From assembly GCA_963681965.1 (NCBI GenBank), contig OY820579.1, positions 3,136,001 through 3,200,000 of the forward strand: 64,000 nt of DNA, read 5' to 3'. The stretch's first letter is position 1, and every line of letters starts with the position of its first letter. The notes under the pieces are model-generated. The model did not search any database and was not told where the DNA came from. It saw only the letters and a program-made list of their open reading frames with translations. The translations under genes and the position numbers were made by a program. Source of the DNA: a bacterium (GTDB lineage: Bacteria; Electryoneota; JAOADG01). Shown in pieces: positions 1 to 9,851 of this stretch.

Positions 1-2
1 CA

Positions 3-956
3 ACCCCCGGCTGGATTGCCAACTGGCAGAAATACATCCATGAATGGGGATTTACCTCGGATACAGTCGGAGAATTCCTGCGGGAGACTACTAAAAAAAT
101 AGTACTGCTTGATACCGGAATTGATCCCGACGCTGAAAAGAAAGCCCAGCGATTTGCCGCCTGTTGCGAACTCCCCTGCGAAATTCATCAGGTCGGCTTT
201 GAAGGTCTGATTGCCCACTTACGCGGATTATCTGCCGAAACGGTGTTAGCCCAGCGACAACAGGAACATATCGCACAATTGAAAGCCACCACTTCGCGCT
301 CCGCCGAATACGCCATGATCTTCGATCTCTTTGCCGACCTCTCCAGCATGGATACGGAAGAAAATGTAATCGATCGCTTTCTGATGATGTTCCAAGGATT
401 ATTTGCACCACAGACGTTACGGTTTTACGCCTTGCATTCATTTATCAACGATACGATCTATTCAATTGGAGAAACCACGACATCGGCGGAGAGCTGCAAA
501 CAAATTCAACAGGAACTACCTTCCGGTTTCGAAGATAAAATTCTCGATAACCGTCTCTTGATAGAAATCCGCTTTAAGGATGAGCGACTCGGTATTCTCG
601 AAATCGATCATTTCACTTTTCCGGAATATATCCATCGCTATCGCGATCTTGCCAGAACCATCGGTACCGTCTTTGGATTGGCATTGGCAAATTCACGCAA
701 CTATTACCGGTTGGAAGCGACGAATACCGAACTCATCAATACTTTGGATCAGGTGAAAACGTTGCGGGGATTGCTTCCAATCTGCGCCTCCTGCAAGAAA
801 ATCCGCGACGACACCGGGTATTGGAACAGTATCGAAGCCTATTTGTCGAGTCATTCAGAAGTCGAGTTTACTCACAGTCTGTGTCAGGATTGCGTCGAAA
901 AACTATATCCGGAATTATTTCATAAACAAATCGATCGAACTGTAGAAGACGATTAA
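3..956 (+). CDS. 5'-partial signalling protein: DUF1638-like N-terminus, GAF-like region and C-terminal LPICASCKKIRD Cys domain
   Basis: The frame of ORF 243..956 stays open back to the window edge (TPGWIANWQKYIHEWGF...IVLLDTG, DUF1638-like). The C-terminal LRGLLPICASCKKIRDDTGYW...FTHSLCQDC module is common on GAF/PAS/REC proteins. Confidence 0.7.
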   Translation, partial: TPGWIANWQKYIHEWGFTSDTVGEFLRETTKKIVLLDTGIDPDAEKKAQRFAACCELPCEIHQVGFEGLIAHLRGLSAETVLAQRQQEHIAQLKATTSRSAEYAMIFDLFADLSSMDTEENVIDRFLMMFQGLFAPQTLRFYALHSFINDTIYSIGETTTSAESCKQIQQELPSGFEDKILDNRLLIEIRFKDERLGILEIDHFTFPEYIHRYRDLARTIGTVFGLALANSRNYYRLEATNTELINTLDQVKTLRGLLPICASCKKIRDDTGYWNSIEAYLSSHSEVEFTHSLCQDCVEKLYPELFHKQIDRTVEDD

Positions 957-1029
957 TAGACTAAATGTCTGTTTTTATACACAAACAATACCAAATTCTT
1001 TCGCCCAATATTTACTTAAATTCGACCCG

Positions 1030-1058
1030 TTGCATTTCGCAGAAAAAAAACATAAATT
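1030..1058 (+). promoter_or_regulatory. sigma70-like promoter of tRNA-Leu
   Basis: TTGCAT-N17-TAAATT, ending 16 nt before the tRNA. Confidence 0.6.
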
Positions 1059-1074
1059 ACTGCCCTACTGTTCA

Positions 1075-1161
1075 GCCGGGGTGGTGGAACTGGTAGACGC
1101 AGTGGACTCAAAATCCACCGAGCGCAAGCTCATGCCGGTTCGAGTCCGGCCCTCGGCACCA
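1075..1161 (+). tRNA. tRNA-Leu (anticodon CAA)
   Basis: Acceptor GCCGGGG/CCTCGGC followed by ACCA; D-loop TGGTAGAC; anticodon arm GTGGA-CTCAAAA-TCCAC; long variable arm; T-loop GGTTCGAGTCC; CCA encoded. Confidence 0.97.
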
Positions 1162-1164
1162 ATC

Positions 1165-1196
1165 AGACGTATCGATCCATCGATACGTCTTTTTTC
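1165..1196 (+). terminator. intrinsic terminator after tRNA-Leu
   Basis: AGACGTATCGAT-cc-ATCGATACGTCT followed by a T run. Confidence 0.8.
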
Positions 1197-1370
1197 TTGA
1201 CTTCGATTTGTCCATCCATCACATAATTCCTCACCGATTCTGCTATGAATCGTTGCAAAATCTTGCCATAAACCATTATTATATATTGTTAGATTCTGTT
1301 CATACTTGGATTCGATCAATAACTTAATCTAAGTAAAGAATCAATAGTCATTTAACAAGGCGGTATCGCT

Positions 1371-4300
1371 ATGCAACTCCGAACGCGCTCAGTGAATACG
1401 GATCCCTTCGATCGATCGATCCGGGATCATTCATTGACCTTTGGAAAATCCGGTAGCTGTGATTTCGGCACCGTGGGACGGTTTCTGATCGCAGCTCTGT
1501 TGGCGTTGTTGAGTACAGTTTCGATAGCATCGACCAATTCTGTCGATGAGATCAATACTGTTCTATTCAGCACCGGATTTGAAAGCACCTTTCCCCCTCC
1601 CGGCTGGGTGATCGGCGACGGTGGTGTACCGAATAACACCGGCTATCATTGGGGTCTAAATACCGTAAATGCGCAAACTGGAACCTATAGCGCATTCTGT
1701 GCGAGCAACGACGATACCGGCGCTTGGACTTACTTGCACAGTATGCGCAAAGTACTGCAAACACCGACCTTCGATCTTTCCGCCGCAGTGGCATCGATGT
1801 TGCATTTCTCCGTCTGGATGAATACCGAAGCTGATAACGATCAACTCATTGTTGCGATCCGCGATCCTCGCGGAATATGGCAGAATTTGCGGATATTAAG
1901 CGGTTCGGCACAGTCGTGGCAAACCTTCGATGTTTCATTGTGGAATTACATCGGTCAAAATGGTGTGGCGATTCAATTTGTGTTCACTTCCAACGGGAGT
2001 ACAATCCCTACCGGTAATGCCGGTGTCTGGTTGGACAATGTTTCGCTTGAAGCCAACCTCGCTACAGTTGGTGTGACACTTACCAACCCGACCGGTGGTG
2101 AAAACTGGGGCGTTGGGTCGAGACAGGAAATTACCTGGTACGCTAACGGATTCGGTGCCAATGACAATATGAATGTCGAAATCAATCGTGAATATTCCGG
2201 CGGCACTTGGACGTTACTCGGTACGGTTCCGAATTCCGGTTCTTTTCCTTGGACAGTCACCAACCCGATTGGATCGACCAATCGCATCAAAGTCTATCCG
2301 CAAAGCAATGCATCGATCTATGGAATGTCGACGAGCAACTTTACCATTTCCGGCGGTGTGACTCCAGTTATTCAAGTCACTACCCCGGCTGGAGGCGAAC
2401 ATTGGTATACCGGCGAGCAACATACGATCCAATGGACATCGACCAACTTAACCGATAATGTTCAAATCGATCTGAAAGCCGATACGACAACAACAGTTCA
2501 TATCACGAATTCGACACCTAATTCCGGTTCTTACACTTGGTCGATACCGACTGGACTAGTAGCTAGCACTGCTTATCGGATTTACATCAGTAACGCCACC
2601 TCCCCGGTTACCGCTGATGATTACAGCAGTTACTTCTCAATTGCTGCCGGACAGGTGAATTACACAATTTCCGGGTATGTACGCGATTCGCAATCGAATG
2701 GTATCAGCGGTGTTTCGATTTCCGGTATGACGAATACCGTGACCACAGATCAGAACGGATACTATTCAGGATCGGTCTCCTCCGACTGGTCGGGTACATT
2801 AACACCGTCGCTTACCGGATATACTTTCTCGCCGCAAACGATTACTCTATCCCACGTCACATCCAATCAGACATCGCAGAATTTTACTGCAACACCAACA
2901 GGATCTTCAATAACTATTTCGGGATATGTTCGAAATTCGGCTTCGAATGCGATTAGTGGTGTAACAATCTCCGGACTACCGGGTATCGTCCAGACTGATA
3001 ACAACGGTTTCTATAGTGCCACCGTCTCAAGCGGGTGGTCAGGTACGGTCACACCATCACTATCCGGATGGACATTCGCCCCGACGAATCGAACCTATAA
3101 CGGTATAACGGTATCGCAGTCAAGCCAAAACTACACTGCGACTCAAGTATCGATCACGTATTTTATCAGTGGGTATGTTCGCGATACCAATTCACAGCCG
3201 ATTGCGAATGTCGTGATGTCAGGCTTCCCAAACTACGTTACAACTGATGCCAATGGATTTTATCAAACTTTCATGGCGACCGGTTGGAGCGGAACAGTAA
3301 CACCGCAGTTAACCGGTTACTCATTTGTCCCGGACCATTACACCTACACCGCTTTAACAGGTAATCTATCGGGTCAAAATTACACTGGAACGCTTGCGAC
3401 TTCGGTAATAATCTCCGGGTACATCCGCAATTCCTCGTCGAATCCAATCAGTGGTGTGACGCTTTCGGGTCTGCCCGGAACAATTCAATCGGATAATGAT
3501 GGATTTTATAGCGCAACGGTCTCGAGTGGATGGTCGGGAACAGTCACACCGACGCTGTCCGGATGGTCCTTCGCACCCACTAACCGTACCTATAGCAGTG
3601 TAACGACATCGCAATTCAATCAGAATTTCACTGCCACGCAAGTATCCATCACATATTTTATTAGTGGTCATGTCCGAAACAGTAGTTCTCAACCCATCGC
3701 GAACGTCGTGATGTCCGGTTTTCCGAGTTACGTTGCCACCGATACCGCCGGTTTTTATCAAACGTTCTTAGCAATGGGCTGGAGTGGTACGGTAACACCA
3801 CAACTGACCGGTTATACTTTTTCACCCGATCATATCACGTTCTCGGCGTTGACTGGTAACCAGACTGCCCAGAATTTCACCGCGACGCTCAGCACCACCG
3901 CAATCATTTCCGGAATCATTCGCGATCAAAATTTAATTCCCATTGCCGGCGTAGCCATGGCAGGATTCCCCGGATCCATTGTTACCAATGCATCGGGAGT
4001 ATATACCGTCACCCTTAGTCGGGGATGGTCGGGAACTGTTACTCCGCAATTAGTCGGTTGGAATTTCACTCCGTCGGGTCGAACCTATTTCAATGTCTCT
4101 GGATCGCAAACCACCGAAAATTATTCCGGGACGCCAAACGGACTAGCTTTTACGATCTCCGGTTTTATCCGCGATGTAAATTCGGTGCCCATCTCCGGTG
4201 TTGCGATGACCGGTTTTCCATCGACCATCCTTAGCGATACTTCCGGATACTATATCGGCACAGTACCGCGAAATTGGTCGGGTGCGATTTCACCACAAGC

Positions 4301-6503
4301 GACGGGGCGTAACTTTGAACCGGTATCGCGTAGCTATTCGAACATCACGTCCAATGTGGTAAATAACAATTATACTGCCGTATCGGCAATCCAGTATATC
4401 GTCTCGGGACACGTTTTAACTTCATCTGGCACAGCCGTATCGGGTGTAGAGCTTACCGGCTATCCATATTCGGTCGTAACCGATCAAAATGGTTCTTATT
4501 CCGCATTAGTGCATTCCGGTTGGAACGGTCTCATTGTTCCGCGATTGACGGGATACTCGTTCACACCGGTTTTCCGAAACTACACGGGCGTTGTCGCAAA
4601 TATGGCGAATGAAGATTTCGTTGCGACTGTAATTCCAACATTCACTATTTCTGGATATGTCCGGTATGCTTCGGGACGAGCACTTCGTAACGTCCAGTTG
4701 AAAGGTCTACCGAGCACTGTTCGCACCGATTCGACCGGATTTTATACCGCGACGGTCAGTTCTGGTTGGTCGGGCGCAATCTCGCCAACTCGAAGTGGAT
4801 GGATTTTTCAACCACCTTCTCGGGGATACACGAATCTGACCACGGGAAGAAGCGATCAAAATTATACCTGTTTGGAATCGTCACTGGATATCGGCGGGTA
4901 CATCCACAATTCTCGATCGGAACCATTGGCAGACGTTCGGTTATTTGGGTTACCCGGAGTTGTCGTAACCGATTCAAATGGCGATTACACCATCACGATT
5001 CCCCAGAATTGGACGGGAACAGTCACACCCCAACTTGAGGGGTGGAACTTCACTCCCTCTTCGCGAAGCTACACCAACTATGACACTTCGCATTACAACG
5101 AAGGTTTCGCTGCGACCGCCACAAGCAATGTAATCGTCTCCGGATATATTCAGGAGGCGAATAATCTGGGTACCCGCAATGTTTCGATCTCGGGTTTCCC
5201 AATGACTGTCTATTGTGATCAAAGCGGGTATTACTCTTGTGCGGTTCCCAATAATTGGAGTGGAACCATTTCACCGCAATCACAGCATTGGTCGTTCTTC
5301 CCACCGACACGCGCATTTTACTTATTGACCAGCAGCTCCCCGTATGAGAACTTCACAGCATCGCGAACCGAGTATGAAATTGCCGGAACAATCCTCGATA
5401 CAGCAGGAGAGGCGATGGCAGGATTGTCGATCAGTGGCTTTCCTACGACCGTGGTCACGCAAAATGATGGTACCTATTCGGTATTCATTTCAAACGGCTG
5501 GAGTGGCGTCGTAACGCCAGCATCGATGCGTCACTCATTTGCCCCGGTTACGCGAACTTATACCAATGTTCAAAGTGACATATTGACCGAGGATTATGTT
5601 GCGACACCATTATTCATCAGCATTGATTATCCAAATGGACCCGGTATCACCTGGAGTACCGCAACCAATCAATTTATCTCCTGGTTTGGAGGAACCCCGG
5701 GTGGGACGGTTACAATCGAATTGAATCGCAATTATCCCACCGGCACTTGGTCGACAATCCGTCAGGGCACTGGAAGCAGTTCCCAGATTTCCAACACCGG
5801 TCGTTTCGACTGGCTGGTATATGGTCCACGGTGCGAAGCATCGGCGCGGTTCCGCATTACCGACAATACGACGCAACTCCAAGCGATGAGTAATTTCAAT
5901 CTTCAGATCAACGATGTATCGATCAATCGACCGACGGCATCCGATATTTGGCTTTACCATGGCACTGGAATCATCGATTGGGATATCAACCAGCAACCAA
6001 ATTTACCGGTCGATATTATTCTCGTACGGGATGGTACTTGGATTCCTATCATTCGCAATACCGCGAATTCCGGTCATTACGAATGGTTTGTCACGGCGCA
6101 GCAATCGGCGAATTGCCAAGTGTACGTCAAATCGGTCGGCGACAATGACTATACACGTTTCGCCACATCGCCAACATTTACGATCCTCGGTTTTGATGCC
6201 GGTGCAAATGAAACATCCCTACCGAAGCAGTTTGCCATGCATCCCGCCAGTCCAAATCCGTTCAATTCCACCGTCTCTTTCCGGGTCGATCTCCCGACGC
6301 GTGCCGTGACGGAATTCGTGATCTACGATGTTCGCGGAGCAACGGTTAGGGAACAACGCCTCGGAACGATGAATCCGGGAACATACCAGTTCCAATGGGA
6401 TGGCAGAAATCAAACCGGAAACAGTGTCCCTTCCGGGCTGTACATCGTGCATCTGCGCAGTGGCGAACACCAAGCCTTACAGAAAGTAGTACTTGTAAAG
6501 TAG
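1371..6503 (+). CDS. large secreted surface protein: N-terminal jelly-roll/MAM-like domain, Ser/Thr-rich (Kre9-like) Ig domains, 12 tandem carboxypeptidase-regulatory-like repeats, T9SS/FlgD-type C-terminal sorting domain
   Basis: Hydrophobic signal stretch (FLIAALLALLSTVSIA; true start may be GTG ~1473); PxGGExW..G...I.W domains; repeated ISGYVR..GWSGTVTP..F.P units; C-terminus ASPNPFN..IYDVRG..WDGRNQTG..SGLYIV..KVVLVK. Confidence 0.85.
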   Translation: MQLRTRSVNTDPFDRSIRDHSLTFGKSGSCDFGTVGRFLIAALLALLSTVSIASTNSVDEINTVLFSTGFESTFPPPGWVIGDGGVPNNTGYHWGLNTVNAQTGTYSAFCASNDDTGAWTYLHSMRKVLQTPTFDLSAAVASMLHFSVWMNTEADNDQLIVAIRDPRGIWQNLRILSGSAQSWQTFDVSLWNYIGQNGVAIQFVFTSNGSTIPTGNAGVWLDNVSLEANLATVGVTLTNPTGGENWGVGSRQEITWYANGFGANDNMNVEINREYSGGTWTLLGTVPNSGSFPWTVTNPIGSTNRIKVYPQSNASIYGMSTSNFTISGGVTPVIQVTTPAGGEHWYTGEQHTIQWTSTNLTDNVQIDLKADTTTTVHITNSTPNSGSYTWSIPTGLVASTAYRIYISNATSPVTADDYSSYFSIAAGQVNYTISGYVRDSQSNGISGVSISGMTNTVTTDQNGYYSGSVSSDWSGTLTPSLTGYTFSPQTITLSHVTSNQTSQNFTATPTGSSITISGYVRNSASNAISGVTISGLPGIVQTDNNGFYSATVSSGWSGTVTPSLSGWTFAPTNRTYNGITVSQSSQNYTATQVSITYFISGYVRDTNSQPIANVVMSGFPNYVTTDANGFYQTFMATGWSGTVTPQLTGYSFVPDHYTYTALTGNLSGQNYTGTLATSVIISGYIRNSSSNPISGVTLSGLPGTIQSDNDGFYSATVSSGWSGTVTPTLSGWSFAPTNRTYSSVTTSQFNQNFTATQVSITYFISGHVRNSSSQPIANVVMSGFPSYVATDTAGFYQTFLAMGWSGTVTPQLTGYTFSPDHITFSALTGNQTAQNFTATLSTTAIISGIIRDQNLIPIAGVAMAGFPGSIVTNASGVYTVTLSRGWSGTVTPQLVGWNFTPSGRTYFNVSGSQTTENYSGTPNGLAFTISGFIRDVNSVPISGVAMTGFPSTILSDTSGYYIGTVPRNWSGAISPQATGRNFEPVSRSYSNITSNVVNNNYTAVSAIQYIVSGHVLTSSGTAVSGVELTGYPYSVVTDQNGSYSALVHSGWNGLIVPRLTGYSFTPVFRNYTGVVANMANEDFVATVIPTFTISGYVRYASGRALRNVQLKGLPSTVRTDSTGFYTATVSSGWSGAISPTRSGWIFQPPSRGYTNLTTGRSDQNYTCLESSLDIGGYIHNSRSEPLADVRLFGLPGVVVTDSNGDYTITIPQNWTGTVTPQLEGWNFTPSSRSYTNYDTSHYNEGFAATATSNVIVSGYIQEANNLGTRNVSISGFPMTVYCDQSGYYSCAVPNNWSGTISPQSQHWSFFPPTRAFYLLTSSSPYENFTASRTEYEIAGTILDTAGEAMAGLSISGFPTTVVTQNDGTYSVFISNGWSGVVTPASMRHSFAPVTRTYTNVQSDILTEDYVATPLFISIDYPNGPGITWSTATNQFISWFGGTPGGTVTIELNRNYPTGTWSTIRQGTGSSSQISNTGRFDWLVYGPRCEASARFRITDNTTQLQAMSNFNLQINDVSINRPTASDIWLYHGTGIIDWDINQQPNLPVDIILVRDGTWIPIIRNTANSGHYEWFVTAQQSANCQVYVKSVGDNDYTRFATSPTFTILGFDAGANETSLPKQFAMHPASPNPFNSTVSFRVDLPTRAVTEFVIYDVRGATVREQRLGTMNPGTYQFQWDGRNQTGNSVPSGLYIVHLRSGEHQALQKVVLVK
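2661..5610 (+). repeat. 12 tandem ~82-aa (~246-bp) intragenic repeats; units 2-3 and 4-5 form a duplicated dimer
   Basis: Manual alignment of the translated units: ISG(Y/H)(V/I)R...TD.NG.Y...GWSG.V.P...G(W/Y).F.P..RTY...N(Y/F)TA. Confidence 0.9.
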
Positions 6504-6528
6504 TAAATTAACACCATTTCAGGAATTT

Positions 6529-6557
6529 AAACACCGAAGCAATTCGGTGTTTTTTTT
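6529..6557 (+). terminator. intrinsic terminator
   Basis: AAACACCGAA-gcaa-TTCGGTGTTT followed by a T run. Confidence 0.85.
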
Positions 6558-6566
6558 CTCTATAAT

Positions 6567-6622
6567 CGATGTCTTGACATCGGTGACAGGATAATATATA
6601 TTATTAACTAACTGGTTAGTTA
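6567..6622 (+). promoter_or_regulatory. sigma70 promoter of tetR with palindromic operator(s)
   Basis: TTGACA (6574) -N17- TATATT (6597). Perfect inverted repeat TAACTAAC-tg-GTTAGTTA at 6605-6622. A second palindrome CGATGTC-tt-GACATCG overlaps the -35. Confidence 0.8.
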
Positions 6623-6640
6623 TTTATAACTGGAGGAAAT

Positions 6641-7273
6641 ATGCCCCGTACCGGTGGAGAAAAATCACGATTGAAAATCTTGCACGCTGCTGAATATCTG
6701 TTTTCCGAATACGGATTCGACGCCACAAGTGTCGATAAAATCGCGGAAAAGGCTAATGTGAATAAGGCAATGATCTATTATCATTTCAAAAACAAGGATG
6801 ATCTGATTGCTGCACTCTTTACAAGTGTCATCGAACAGATTACTGCGGCTAGTTCTTCGGCTCTTGTCGCTTCCCGAACCACCGGAGAAGCATCGATTGC
6901 TAAAAAAGTAGAATCCGAACTCATCCAAATGACTCGATGGAAGAAAATCCTTTCGGTTCTTCTGATGGAAGCACTAAAAGGGAAGAAGAGCAGCACTGCT
7001 TTGTTTCGATGTGCCGATTTGGCATTAGCCAATGAACGTGAAACTCAACAGTCTGATGACCATACTTCGTCGCCAATTGCACCAAGCGTTAGAAACCATA
7101 CCTTCGAATTCTTTTCTGGATTTATTCCGATGATGACGTTCATTGTGATGCAGGACGCTTGGTGTAAATACTACCATTTCGAGAAATCGAAAGCAACCGA
7201 AGCGTTTATCGACGTCTTCATCGAAACGCATTTGAGGGCACATCGTCAATTCGACACTACCACAAATATCTGA
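6641..7273 (+). CDS. TetR/AcrR family transcriptional regulator
   Basis: N-terminal HTH ILHAAEYLFSEYGFDATSVDKIAEKANVNKAMIYYHFKNKDDL; SD GGAGG. Confidence 0.95.
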   Translation: MPRTGGEKSRLKILHAAEYLFSEYGFDATSVDKIAEKANVNKAMIYYHFKNKDDLIAALFTSVIEQITAASSSALVASRTTGEASIAKKVESELIQMTRWKKILSVLLMEALKGKKSSTALFRCADLALANERETQQSDDHTSSPIAPSVRNHTFEFFSGFIPMMTFIVMQDAWCKYYHFEKSKATEAFIDVFIETHLRAHRQFDTTTNI

Positions 7274-7280
7274 GGCAATA

Positions 7281-8417
7281 ATGTCAACTACCATTCATAA
7301 CGAGACCCGCACGACATTCTGGACGCTTTCGGTATTTTATTTTCTAATTGCGTTCGAATTTTTTTATATGGCTTCTCCCTTTGCGCTCTATTTTTATTCG
7401 GTTTATGGTCCCAGTCTGAATTTTATCAACCGATCGCCTCTGCTAAGTTGGCTTAGTTCGGTATTTCTGCCGCATATCACAATTGAAACGAAATCGACTT
7501 TGCTGAATTATCACAATGAGATTGGTGGAACAATATTCCTACTTGGTCTGCTTGGTTTTATGGTCGGCGCAATACAGGTATATGCGAATAAGATCCTTAA
7601 ACGCGGAGTTGCGATCTCTGGGATCTATCAGGTTATTCGACATCCACAATATGCATCACTGGCAATATCGAGTTTTGGCTTATTAATTCTCTGGCCGCGA
7701 TTTATGGTTCTTGTCATCTATATCGCGATGCTGTTCGCATATTACTCTTTGGCGAAGATAGAGGAGGCTGAGTGTGAACGGAAATTCGGTCAGGATTACC
7801 TCACATACAAAGCACAGACCAATATGTTCTTACCGTTCCGAATTCCAATTCCTAATTTCCTTATTCTTTCGAGTCAGAAACGGTGGCAACAAATAGCATC
7901 CGTTTTGGTTCGGTACATCGTTATTACGACTTGTGCCATCGGCGGTGCATTATTATTGCAACGATGGTCGATCCGTCAACTATATACCTATGAAAACCAG
8001 GATCATTGTGCAATTTCAGTATCACAAATCGATCATGATCGGATGTCGCGAATATTCCAAATCGCATCTTCCGATTCGACAGTCCTAACGACGATTCTAA
8101 CGCAATCCAACAACAAATATTTGGATTACATTTTGCCCATCTGTTGGTCGATCCCCGAGATCCCGATGAATGCTGTCAACGGTAATCACGACCATTTGTT
8201 TCCTGCTGATTACGATCGTAACAAATACAAGATCATTTTTACCAAAGCTACGCTTCGAACGAATAAACTTGTGTTCGGTTTGGATATTATTTCCAATACC
8301 ATTCAAAGATCCGCAGTAGGCGAAGTGTGGATCGATCTGGTCACAAACAAGGTCACTGCGATCAAAGCACCGCCCAGCCAGATCATGTACGACAATATTC
8401 CCGTACCCTTATTTTAA
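7281..8417 (+). CDS. isoprenylcysteine carboxylmethyltransferase/PEMT-family membrane methyltransferase with C-terminal soluble extension
   Basis: GIYQVIRHPQY...EEAECERKFGQDYLTYKAQTNMFLP motif; several TM segments. Confidence 0.8.
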   Translation: MSTTIHNETRTTFWTLSVFYFLIAFEFFYMASPFALYFYSVYGPSLNFINRSPLLSWLSSVFLPHITIETKSTLLNYHNEIGGTIFLLGLLGFMVGAIQVYANKILKRGVAISGIYQVIRHPQYASLAISSFGLLILWPRFMVLVIYIAMLFAYYSLAKIEEAECERKFGQDYLTYKAQTNMFLPFRIPIPNFLILSSQKRWQQIASVLVRYIVITTCAIGGALLLQRWSIRQLYTYENQDHCAISVSQIDHDRMSRIFQIASSDSTVLTTILTQSNNKYLDYILPICWSIPEIPMNAVNGNHDHLFPADYDRNKYKIIFTKATLRTNKLVFGLDIISNTIQRSAVGEVWIDLVTNKVTAIKAPPSQIMYDNIPVPLF

Positions 8418-8434
8418 CGAATGCCGATTATAAT

Positions 8435-8465
8435 AAAAAAGCACTGGATCGCTCCAGTGCTTTTT
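8435..8465. terminator. bidirectional intrinsic terminator between convergent genes
   Basis: AAAAAAGCACTGGA-tcgc-TCCAGTGCTTTTT. Confidence 0.85.
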
Positions 8466-8487
8466 CATTGATACCAATTTCTGTTGT

Positions 8488-9261
8488 TTACGGCTTGAAC
8501 TTAATCGGTTGCGTGTACCAGATCGATACCGGTTGACCGTTGTTGATCGCCGGTTTGAACTTCCACCCTTTAACCGTCGTCGTTGTCGCCTCTTCAAAAC
8601 CAAACCCACTCGGTTCGGCTTTCAAGATCTTCACCTGTGCGACTTCGCCTTTTTTGTTGACGAGAAACTGAACCACTACATTCCCGGGTACCCGTGCCGT
8701 CATTGCTTGCGCTGGATACTTCGGAGAAGGTGTCGAAATTGGTTCGGCATCTTTTTCAACAAATGTGACTTCATCCGGTTTCGGGATGTAATCGTCGTCG
8801 GCTGGAGGTGCCACCACCACATTGCCACTGCTAACGTCGCCCGAAGATACTGACGTTCTGCCGGCATCGATGTTCTTGGCAATGTCCTGAACCGTCAAGA
8901 TCTTCACGGTATCGGCTACTTTCGAGTCTTCGACTGCCTGAACTTTAATCGCAGCAGGTGGCGGTGCATCGAGCGATTTAATCTTAATCTGAACGATTTC
9001 TTCCTGAGTCAGCGATGGCGGTGCCGCCAATTTCGTCAAATCGATATAGCGCGGTGGTAATGGCGTATCGTTTTCACGCAATTTCTTGATATACTCAACA
9101 CCCCACCAAATCCCAAGAATAGACCAGATTGATATCGATGCGATCAAAACACCACGCATCATATTTTTGCCGACAACGGTTCGGAGAACCAGCGCGCCAT
9201 ATTCCCGAGCTAGCAGTTCGTCGTATATAGCTACATTGGCATCGGCTGTCTTAGTTTGCAT
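8488..9261 (-). CDS. tonB: energy transducer TonB
   Basis: Single TM helix, Pro-rich linker, TonB_C domain (PKYP..A..VPGNVVVQFLVNKKGEV..WKFKPA..NGQPV). Confidence 0.92.
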   Translation of the reverse strand: MQTKTADANVAIYDELLAREYGALVLRTVVGKNMMRGVLIASISIWSILGIWWGVEYIKKLRENDTPLPPRYIDLTKLAAPPSLTQEEIVQIKIKSLDAPPPAAIKVQAVEDSKVADTVKILTVQDIAKNIDAGRTSVSSGDVSSGNVVVAPPADDDYIPKPDEVTFVEKDAEPISTPSPKYPAQAMTARVPGNVVVQFLVNKKGEVAQVKILKAEPSGFGFEEATTTTVKGWKFKPAINNGQPVSIWYTQPIKFKP

Positions 9262-9277
9262 TCTCTGTCCTCCCCGG

Positions 9278-9826
9278 TTATCTCGTTGCTACTGGAGAAA
9301 CCAACGACATCACTGAATCATCGTTCATATCGGCATTCCATTTCGCAACAGAGTAGCGAGTTACTGAATCGACATTGAACATATCGAGCATATCGACCAT
9401 CGAATGGAACGGAGCCTGCGGTTGTAATTTACTGACTACGATCAATTCTTGACCAATTAGTGTTCCCATATCGTCTTTACTTTTTTTCCGGTCGATAATT
9501 TTGCTGTTGAGTGAATCCCACGGCAAGTATGCCGGTACTTCGTTGCCAACATTGAAGAACAACTGGTTACTATTGTTGATCCGGAAGGTCAACATCCGGG
9601 ATTCTCGAACTTTTGTATCAGTGACATCCTTATTCTCCGGCGGCAGATTGATTTCCATCGCCTGAGGAAGCCGAAAGACTGTTGTGACCATAAAGAAGAT
9701 CAATAACAAGAATGCGACGTCGACCATCGGAGTCATATCGACCCGAACAGCCATACGGGGCTTCTTGAAACTCTTCTTACCTTTTTTACCGTGGCTTTTT
9801 TGTTCGCCACCGACCATTCCACCCAT
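9278..9826 (-). CDS. exbD: biopolymer transporter ExbD/TolR (copy 2)
   Basis: VDMTPMVDVAFLLLIFFMVTTVF motif. Confidence 0.92.
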   Translation of the reverse strand: MGGMVGGEQKSHGKKGKKSFKKPRMAVRVDMTPMVDVAFLLLIFFMVTTVFRLPQAMEINLPPENKDVTDTKVRESRMLTFRINNSNQLFFNVGNEVPAYLPWDSLNSKIIDRKKSKDDMGTLIGQELIVVSKLQPQAPFHSMVDMLDMFNVDSVTRYSVAKWNADMNDDSVMSLVSPVATR

Positions 9827-9851
9827 GCTTCACTCCCAGAGCGGTTCGCGT

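Noticed and set aside
1065-1319. 84-aa minus-strand ORF
   Set aside because: It is antisense to tRNA-Leu (GAEGRTRTG..DFESTAST is a typical tRNA shadow translation).
1075-8465. Genomic island integrated at tRNA-Leu
   Set aside because: No integrase and no duplicated tRNA 3' end were found. The 9-nt TCGGCACCA match near 50004-50012 (minus strand) is part of a terminator hairpin.
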